A program made the position numbers and the translations under genes. This document shows positions 53,901 to 64,000 of a stretch of 64,000 nucleotides of DNA, piece by piece. The notes under the pieces are model-generated. The model had not been told where the DNA came from and ran no database searches. It worked only from the letters and a program-made list of their open reading frames with translations. This DNA comes from Octopus sinensis (taxonomy: Eukaryota). Within the stretch, counting starts at the first letter, position 1. Each line of letters begins with the position of its first letter. Location: contig NC_042999.1 in the NCBI RefSeq assembly GCF_006345805.1, positions 48,670,001 through 48,734,000 of the forward strand, written 5' to 3'.

Positions 53901-54400
53901 CGGCATGACCACAGGTGTATATGTGCGCGTGCGCGTGTGCCAGGGTGCGCAAATGCATCTGCTCACGCGGATGCGTGTTCGCAGGCGTATGTGCGCTCCA
54001 GTGCGCCCATACACATGTGCATCCATGCGTGTGCATGTATGTACACGTACACCCTTGTGAGCACGCGTGGGTGGGTGTGTTCCTGTGCGGGTCTACATGG
54101 AGATAAATCTGTTCACGCATATGTGTATGTATGTCCGTGTGTGTGTGTGTGTGTGCATGTGCGTGCATGTACGTGCATGTGCGTGTATATGTAGGTCCAT
54201 TTGCTGCCTACCACGCAGTCAATTTTCGGTTCAGCATGAGGTACCTCAAAAGTAATTATTGTCGCTGAAATACCAACATCAAACTGCCAAGCCGCGTGAC
54301 ATTTTTCGAACAATCGCAAGCTAACGTCCAGTAATAAACAATGACTCTCTTGAATCGAACTCTCATTCGGACCCCAACTTGAAATTCCGAGTCCAATCAA
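50940..54400 (+). mobile_element. Decayed Penelope-like element: RT region flanked by diverged direct repeats (pseudo-LTR-like), interrupted by SINE A
   Basis: CRLINLAK, MGSYDG (53106), YRDDGL (53202-53219), VDFLDITLDL (53332-53361), WYTPPPF...TNVAGGFL...KVSYS. Segments 50940-51680 and 53805-54390 are homologous. Confidence 0.7.
52232..52650 (+). mobile_element. SINE family A, full length, inside the PLE
   Basis: A/B boxes, internal (TA)n, (AAAAGAGT)n tail. Confidence 0.9.
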
Positions 54401-54426
54401 ACTGTTATGATCGATCGATCTCTCTG

Positions 54427-54496
<70 letters not shown>

Positions 54497-54517
54497 CATC
54501 TATCTATCTATCTATAT

Positions 54518-54562
<45 letters not shown>

Positions 54563-55416
54563 AGAGAGAAAAAGATAGAGCTACATCTACAAATACATAA
54601 GTGTATATTTCCATGCATATCTACATAGACATAAGCACTTACATACAAGGCACAAGATAAATCATACATACTGCTCAATGCTTTCCAGCTTCAATCAGTA
54701 TAAAGATCTAAAAACACATGCTATTTACGTATTAAATGCTGGTGTACAGAGGTTTAACCCTGGTACCTCTGTCCCAGATGTCTTATCTTGACATCTAGTT
54801 TCTTATACATATACATACATATATTTATATATGTGCGTGTGTGTATGTATGTGTGTGTGTGTGTCTGTGTGTGTGTGTGAGTGTGTGTGTGTGTGTGTGT
54901 GTGAGAGAGCGTGTGTGTGTGTGTGTGTGTGTGTGTACTGAGTTTCAATTGCTGAATGATTAATTCTTAATAATTCTGAATTACGAATACATCAAAAGTT
55001 TGTACTTGTATAACATAAAAGGATGGTAAGATTTATTGTTTGGAACATTACAAAGATGAATAATCAATATGAAATATTCTTAGAATAATTCTAATATATG
55101 TATTAGATAACGATCAGTGAGAAATTCCTATAGAATTAGTTTGACATCGGTAGCTATATTTACCCGGCCGATTACAACATCAATCAGTTAAAATAAGGTA
55201 ATGAATCCAAGTATAGATCAGACGTGAACATTGTAATATCTAATTTAATAAACCTACACAACTAGTTAAAGTAGTTCCAGAAACTTTGACGACCAAAATT
55301 TAAAATACAAGTCAAATACCTAATGATACTAAACATACTATATAACGAAAATTTGTTTGTGAGAATTAAACTTCCATAGCTTGTCTGTGTGCGTGTGTAT
55401 GCGTGAGTGTATGTAT

Positions 55417-55647
55417 ATACTCTTTTACTCTTTTACTTGTTTCAGTCATTTGACTGCGGCCATGCTGGAGCACCACCTTTTTTAGTCGAGCAAATCGACT
55501 CCAGGACTTATTCTTTGTAAGCCTAGTACTTATTCTATCGGTCTCTTTTGCCGAACCCCCAAGTGACGGGGACGTAAACACACCAGCATCGGTTGTCAAT
55601 CGATGTTAGCGGGGAGGACAAACACAGACACACAAACACACACACAC

Positions 55648-55688
<41 letters not shown>

Positions 55689-55853
55689 ACGGGCTTCTTT
55701 CAGTTTCCGTCTGCCAAATCCACTCACAAGGCTTTGGTCGGCCCGAGGCTAAATTAGAAGACACTTGCCCAAGGTGCCACGCAGTGGGACTGAACCCGGA
55801 ACCGTGTGGTTGGTAAGCAAGCTACTTACCACACAGCCACTCCTGCGCCTATA
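55417..55853 (-). mobile_element. SINE family A, full length
   Basis: Reverse complement of the same unit. Confidence 0.9.
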
Positions 55854-55899
55854 TATATAATCTAACAATATTTCAAGCTATTTAGACAATATACTGATT

Positions 55900-57060
55900 G
55901 AAAGACAAGACACAGAGTGCCAGCCAGGATGCTATTGTCTGAATAATTTGGACAGGCGTGTTTTTGCAGTATGGTAAACGCTGCATTCTGGAAGATACAC
56001 TCTGATTTTCAGTGCATAATTTTACGATTTAAGTAAACACTTTACCAAAGACCCTTCATCACAACCAATTGAAATTGACAGACGGTAGTCTGGTTCTGCT
56101 GGTACAACAAAACTGAATTCTAGTGATGCTTTTTATGTCCAGCAGATGTAACAATCAATTATCACATCGCTTTTACATTTACACATCTTGTAGACGCTTC
56201 ATCAAAGGTGAAGTGGACATCAACAACATTCTCAATCTGACCATACCTGAGATATATTTATGTTCCTACATTAGTAGCAAATTTATGGATTTCTACTATT
56301 TTTCTTCTTATTCAGCTGGCACTTTGTTTTGAATAACCTTCTCCTGTTCACAAACTTAAACTCTTTTGTATCATGAAGCGAAAGCAATTAGACAAAACCA
56401 TTTATTCTGAGGCAAGAATGCTTTCAAACTGTTTATTCTCGTAGTCATCGCTTATCTAAATATTGCTTAATCTAATATCTAGGATTTTCATTTTTTTTCA
56501 TATAGACATGACAATTTTGCAGACACTGAACGATGTTTACGTTTATATTTATTCGCTTTTTAAAACACATCCCCCTACTTCTTTTACTGGGAAATTACTT
56601 CTGTTTAGTGTCTTGCATTCCTGTTCTCATGCTATTTGGCTCATGACACAACAACATTGAATGCTGTACTATATTTATATCTTTTTAACACATGCCATAG
56701 ATGGGAGATAATTTGTAGGAGTGAATATGTATTGGGGCACCAGTCAAATCTGAATGAACTAAGTTCTTGACATTTACGTCTTGAACAAGCAACTCATTCC
56801 TCTTCCCTTTAAAATGAAGGAAACATTTCGCAGTTTCTTAGTGGTTGATAATCCCTTCACACGGCTATAAGGGACCAAAAGCACAGCGGCAAGTGCAACA
56901 CAGTTGCCGCAGAACTTTCAGAAAATGTTTTTCACTTACTAAGTAATTATGATTTATATTCATTCCAACAACATTAGTTAAATGAAACGTTTTATCGTAT
57001 AAAAGATACTGGTGAGTTCTAAGTAATGTAATAACATATTTGTGCAGATTTGATTTCAAT
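55900..57060 (-). mobile_element. Highly decayed pogo/Tigger-like transposase
   Basis: QIENVVDVHFTFDEASTRCVNVK and IVTSAGHKKH resemble pogo QIGNMDETP..FD.P..RTV..KG and V.I.TTGHEK. Confidence 0.4.
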
Positions 57061-57527
57061 TAACATTAAGGAAAACACAGCAAAATCTTTTTGATTTTGT
57101 AGAGGACGCATTGAAATTTTTATATTTTACAAACAATGCCGCAAAATACATTAATTTAACTATAACTGATGTTTAACAAATATACGTCTAGCTATGTTCC
57201 TGAAGTTGTTGCTGATGATGACGCTGACGATAATGACAATGATCTTGGTGATAGATTCATAACATGCTATCTTAACCAAATGAAAATGTGGATGCATTGG
57301 GATCTCTTTGGGCAACTAAAATGAAAGAAAAGAATTATTATATCTAAAGCGTATTGATATATTTTCATTAATATTCATAAATACTTCGAGTAAACTGGAT
57401 ACGTTATGCTTTTATTTTTCTATTGAATTGTATGGAAGACTTTCTAGAACATTTGTAGCTGAATTTAATGAGTAGGGAACACGTAAGAACAAATAAAGAA
57501 TATAACGGGCGTGATCTCACAATATAT

Positions 57528-57930
57528 TTCTTTATTACCCACAGGGGGCTAAACGTAGAGGGGACTAAAACAAAGACGGACAAAGGGATTAGGTCAATTA
57601 CTTCGACCCCAGTGCGTATCTGGTAGTTATTCAATCGACCCCGAAAGTCGGCCTCGAAGGAGTTTGATCTCAGAACGTAATAGCTGACGAAATACCTATT
57701 TCTATACTACCCACAAGGGGCTAAACACAGAGAGGACAAAGAAGGACAGACAAACGGATTAAGTCGATTACATCGACCCCAGTGCATAACTGGTACTTAG
57801 TTAAACCGATCCCGAAAGGATGAAAGGCAAAGTCGACCTCGGCGGAATTTGAACTCAGAACGTAACGGCAGACGAAATACGGCTACGCATTTCGCCCGGC
57901 GTGCTAACGTGTCTGCCAGCTCTCGTTCCC
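57528..57930 (-). mobile_element. SINE family B dimer with a 14-bp TSD
   Basis: ATCTCACAATATAT at 57514-57527 and 57934-57947. Second unit restarts at TATTTCGTC. Confidence 0.85.
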
Positions 57931-60169
57931 ATCATCTCACAATATATCATGTGTAACTTGTTCCCGTTTTTAATACTTAGTCTTAGTTAAGCGTATATCA
58001 GATCTGGTCCAGCATTTCTCTAATCAAATATATTCTTGACATGTCCTCCGTCTATTCACCCATGATTTATCTTCTGTATGTTTACGTAATTCAGATACGT
58101 TTTATTTTAATATGAAAGAGATTTCTACTAGGTCGAAGAACTATTTACATTCTCTCGCATACGTTGGTATATATTTATTTCTACATACTTATCAATTAAT
58201 CTTTACTTGACTGGAACCTGATTTTTCCTACACACACTCACACACACACAAACACAAACATAAACACAAACATCGCTTATTAGGAGAAAACAAAAAGGAC
58301 TAAGCCAAGTGATTACCTGCAGTTAAGTTAATTTCTAAGTGAAAGGTATATTGATACATGCAATATATATGTTATATATATATATGAGTGGTGAGTATTT
58401 TCGTGAGATGAAGTTGCCAAACAACGTCCACCTTGTGATTATTTTTTCTTCGTTTGTTTTTAGTTTGTTTTGGTACAAATTTGTTTTCACACTTATAATT
58501 CTCTACATTAGCAAATAGCAAAAAATTAATTTGTGTTCTTTGAAAAAGGCACTATCTTTAATCTGTGCACTACATGATTGGAGAATTTTGTCGATAAATT
58601 CCTAATAATTTCATTTGATTAATTCTGTTGTTGAGTCAGTCGTATGGGTGACGAACTCGTGTATCGTTTCTGGATATCGATTTATGAAATTCTTATTACT
58701 TTCTTCTTAAACTGTGACTAAATCACGTAGAAATATAATATAATCTATGACAAAAGTTGACAGCTAAAATAAGGTAGATGATACAATATCAATAAAGCGA
58801 AAAACCTGTTATCTGTATCTCTATAGAAAAATACTGTTACAGCGTGCTAGCACAGGGAGACTAAAAAAATATTCCTATATGGTCGTATATGAAATCCATT
58901 AGAAAAGAAAAGAGGCCTTAATTATAGTATAATTTGATTAAAAGCGGGCACTGAAGGTAAGGACTTACATTCCTGTCGGATAATATCTTTAAATAAGATG
59001 AAACACACGAAGTCATATGTGCTGGTATTTTATGATTTCATTAAAGAATATTTGTTTATAGAATTATAAAATACGTCGGAAATTTTATTTCATTAATCTT
59101 AAGTAACAACACTAAATGAACTCTATCATTTTCTATTATTAACGAGGCAAATGTTTTCAAAGTAGATGCAAATCATTAACAATTAACCTTCGTTAATACC
59201 TGTACGCTGTTTGAAAAACAACATAATCATATTGTTTTGTTTTCAAATTTCAACTGATGAGGGGAATATTTCTCTCTAGTAATTAAACATTAATTATATC
59301 TGTGTTTGTGTTGAACATCTAGGATAAAAGCTTTGATCACAAAAACAGATGGCGTTGCAAATTTGTATCTGAACAAGTAAACATTAATTTTTAGATTGGA
59401 CAATCAACTGTGCTTCCTACAGTATTGCTATAATTATATTATAGTTTAGGTTAATTTTCTCAATTTGGCAATGCTTATTATCATTGTCTTTTTGCTAGGA
59501 ATAAGTTATCAGTTCGAATTTACAAAAAAAAAAGGTCTCTTTCATTAATTGGAGTGTCAGAACAACCGCATTGCAGCGGTTTCATTAAATATATAATTGC
59601 TTTTATTTTTATTTGATTTAAAAAAAAAATTGCTTGAGTTTCTTTATTTACTACTTATTTTGTGAAGCTAATATAAATCAAAGGGTGTCTGAATGGAGCA
59701 AGAGATAATAATGAATAATATATTGAACAATATAACATTTCAAATACCGCCTTTCCAACGCGCGTTCTAATGAACTCGTTAGAAATATAGGATAAAGGAA
59801 AGCTCTATCGAAATATTTCGTACAATTTCTTGCATTAATTAAGTCGGGGAAGATGAATCTGGTATAATTAGTCATTGATTCTTTAAAGAATCGGCTTTGG
59901 AAAATATTATTTTCACCATATTTTCAAACTGAAATTCAATCAATACAAACAATTTTAATGTTATATTACCATTGGTTAATCAGAGGGGTTATTGGAATAT
60001 ATTTAAATCAATTTTGAAATCTTAACGTTTACTCTCGAGAGATTATATACCACACACACTCATACACACACACACACATAAAGAGAGATGACTAGATAGT
60101 TAGATAGATGGATAGATAGATACACAGCTAAATAGATAGGCATATATATAAATAGACAGACAGACGGAC

Positions 60170-60241
<72 letters not shown>

Positions 60242-60242
60242 G

Positions 60243-60273
<31 letters not shown>

Positions 60274-63200
60274 GATGGATAGATAGTTCAAAGAAAGAGT
60301 GAGATACAGAAATATATACATAAAGCTACTCCCTACGTAAAACGTCCGAACTACTTAAACACCTAAAATCAGCCTAGGTTGTTAAATTCTGATATAAATA
60401 TATACATACTCATGCACGGACACACACACATACACAGAAACACACACACACACACACGAATGCATGCACACGCGCACGTATAAATACAATTCTTAAATAC
60501 ATTCGTAAATACAAATGTGCATATATGAATCGCAACAGAAATATCCCAATAGGTGGTACATATACATATTTAAATTGATATATACACAATCACACTAAAC
60601 ACACGGACAAAATTACATAGTAATGTTAAAATGCTAAATAAACCTCGTAGAAGACATCAATGTATGTAAACATTATTATTATCTTTATTGCGAATGCTTT
60701 GAAGAAATCTCGAATGAGAATTTTTACAATCATTTTTACACACCTCTATAGCAGTATACATACCATTTCAACTTGCAATGAATTTTCATAGTTTAAGTCA
60801 ATTATTTGTGATTTACCAGTGATCTGTGTAGTTTCCATTTAATTTGCGGCTATACTTACATTCGTCTCCGCTGTCGCGTTGCTGTGCAACGTGTGGCTTT
60901 TGACTCTTATAAATGAACGGAAATGGTTATTTAAATTGTATTAGCTTACAGGGAAGTTTTAGTTGAAGTGTTTGTGTGGACGCCCCCATACAAAGAAGGA
61001 GGCTAGCCCAATACGTAGATATAGAGGGAGAAGTCTAGACGTCGAGGTAGACTAGGGGAGAAACAGTAGAGAGTAGTCGAGCAGAGTAGAGTAGAAAAAC
61101 CCCATTATTACATAATCATCTCATCATATTCGTTCTATGTATTGTTTTCTCTGTGGTGTCCTGTCTGTCCTTGTTTGTCCCCCTTTATGTTTAGAGCTGA
61201 GTAGAGAAGAGAACAGTTGAGAAGAGGTCATCCGAACGTGTGACATAACAAAGTGAAAGCATTCTTCGCGCGGCGTCGTTTAAAAAAGAGTTGACTCCAT
61301 CACTAATGCTACCGAAATTGATCTTATGTAGTCAATAACCGCATACTGGTACGACAAATCAGTCCGCAGACCATTACAACAGTCATGTAATATATATGTG
61401 AACAATATTATTATCTGCTGAAATATAAAGAATTATTTATGCAGGACATGAACATGGGATTATTTGGCGAAATTTCTGTCTTTTTAGCCACCCCAAAGTT
61501 CACGCATTGCATTTTTGCTAAACTTCATATAATCCTATTGTCTGCTGTGTAAGGTATTTAAGATGAAATGGATAAATAATTCATAATTTTTCAACTTGGG
61601 TGAAATTTAAACACAAAACACAACATCATATACATCACTTGGAACTATATATTTCATGGAAATAAGCATAATATTTCTGTTTTCTTCCTTTTTTTTCCAT
61701 TTTGGTCTATCCAAACTGATTTATTGTTATCTTCACTAGAAATTTTTGGTAAGAATAAATCGATTTTTTTTGTTGAAATTGCGAGTTCCAAAAGTTGCAC
61801 AAAATATCGTATGAATAATGAGGCAGTTAGCATGTATTGTTGAAAAGTGGAAGCGTTCAGAGTATTTAAATTCAACAAAAATATAACGTAATATATGCAA
61901 ATAAAATGAAAAACGTAAACGAAGTTTATTGTTGATGTTTCTTTTTGACTGGCGGAAAACATGTTTTCAACATGGAAAGGTCAAGTTAAAGGAACATGCT
62001 AAATACATTGCCTAAACCGGAAAGACTTGTCAAATAAGTTTTGGGTTGACGAACTTATTTCTTTCGTCTACATGTAGACATTATACTTTGCAGATCATTT
62101 ATTTATCTTAGAAACTATCCGAATCTGAAAATGCCAGCATCAATTCGAAAGAGCATAGTTCATTGTTTGTGGAAAAAATAAAAACCAATGCCAAAAATTT
62201 CAGAAGAGATGCTGAAAGCATTTACTGCAACCTGTTCCCCTTTTCATTTGTTTTAGGAATTCATTAGATTCTATTATATGTATTATGTTTCTTTTATCTA
62301 CTAACATAACGGCATAAATTTGGCCTTTTTCTGCCTGGAGCTATTTACTTTCACATATAATGTGAGAGGCTTATTTGACTGCTTTGATATAAAATAACGA
62401 ACATTAATGTTAGAAAATGTGGTAAAGGTAGCGTTTGATTGTCATGATCAATAAACATAATATCGAATACAATAGGAAGATGATTGATAAGATATATATG
62501 GTAGCTTTCAGACGAAAAATAAAAAATAAAAATACATATTATGATTATAGGGAAGAACAAATGCAATGTATATTAATCATGAACGGTTTACATTTAAAAA
62601 GAGAAAGGATATATATTTTAAATGTATTTTCAAAGAGGGAGGTTTCTCTCAGAAAAACGATAAATATTTTGCATAGACAAAAGCTAAAGAAAGAAATTTT
62701 ATCAGTGAAAATTTTCTATACCATTCACAATTTCCAATATGGATTATTTTGATTTTAAAAAAATTATATTGCGCAATTATAATGTTGAGAATAAAACTGA
62801 ATACCTGATGTAATATTTTGCGCGTGATCGTGTGTATATGTCTGTGATAGTTAGACACATACATACATAAATGCATATATACATGCATGCATATGAATAT
62901 GTGTATACATAACTACTCACACACAGACACATATATAATATATATTAATAAATATATATATATATATACAAAATACATATGAATAAATAAACATATATAT
63001 ACATACATATACACATATAAATAGTATATATTCCACATATATATACATTTATATATACATATACTTATATATATATTCACCTAGATACATATCTGCATAT
63101 CAGAAATGTTTGTATTACAAATTCATAGTAGTATTTGTGACGATACCTGTACCGTAGAAACATTTTCATACACGTTAATAAACGAAGGCGAATTCATGTG

Positions 63201-63379
63201 CACGCGTGCGCAGCACACATATACACACGAACATACACACAAACACGTGCGCACACGTACATTCTCATACTCGTTAACATACTAACTGAAACGTATTTAT
63301 TGCATCATACCCATATAATAGCAATCAGGCACATAAACACAAACCGCCTTTTGAGCATATAACTCAAACGTTAGCGGGC

Positions 63380-63418
63380 GCCATATGTATGTATATATGT
63401 ATGTATGATGAATGTATG

Positions 63419-63467
<49 letters not shown>

Positions 63468-63497
63468 ATATATATATAATATATATATATATGTATG

Positions 63498-63528
<31 letters not shown>

Positions 63529-63577
63529 TATATATGTATGTATATATATATATATATCTATATATATATATATGTAT

Positions 63578-63609
<32 letters not shown>

Positions 63610-63615
63610 GTATGT

Positions 63616-63661
<46 letters not shown>

Positions 63662-63858
63662 GTATGTATATATATATATATATATATGTATATGTATGTA
63701 TACATATATACATATATATATCTCTCTCTATATATATATATGTATATGTATGTATGTATGTTTGTATATATATACGTATAATTGATACCAATAAATTGGT
63801 ATTATAGCTTATCGCATATCTACATATCTATACGTACATATACGCGCGCACCCATTCC

Positions 63859-63914
<56 letters not shown>

Positions 63915-64000
63915 GATATATATATATACATATACATATATACATATACATACATACATACATGCATACATACATACATGCATATATATATATGTACGTA
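63380..64000. repeat. (TA)n/(TATG)n microsatellite field
   Basis: Direct reading. Confidence 0.95.

Noticed and set aside
59250-59290. CTGATGAG-GGGAATATTTCTC hammerhead-like start
   Set aside because: No GAAA after the putative stem II and no stem I/III.

Overview
AT-rich, microsatellite-dense animal genomic DNA. The SINE families and simple-repeat load suggest an octopod cephalopod (inference, not verified). No host protein-coding gene is recognisable, so the window reads as intergenic or deep intronic, built from retro- and DNA-transposon relics. Contents: (i) R4/Dong-type restriction-like-endonuclease (RLE) non-LTR elements of at least three families, most sitting in (TAA)n tracts, with a nest at 41.7-46.8 kb; (ii) a 546-bp non-coding element ('X', 3 copies plus a fragment) that shares the (TAA)n target; (iii) two tRNA-derived SINE families (A: 8 copies with an internal microsatellite; B: fixed-junction dimers); (iv) a Tx1/L1-type element with both catalytic cores deleted, inserted in a SINE-A tRNA head with a TSD; (v) Penelope-like (PLE) RT and GIY-YIG relics plus short (TA)n-anchored elements carrying minimal hammerhead motifs; (vi) an RTE fragment with a twin-priming-type 5' inversion; (vii) Helitron, mariner, pogo and piggyBac-like relics; (viii) a solitary 5S rRNA copy; (ix) a 520-bp segment copied from 57.7-58.2 kb into a SINE at 7.8-8.3 kb. 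Most ORFs in the supplied track are microsatellite artefacts.
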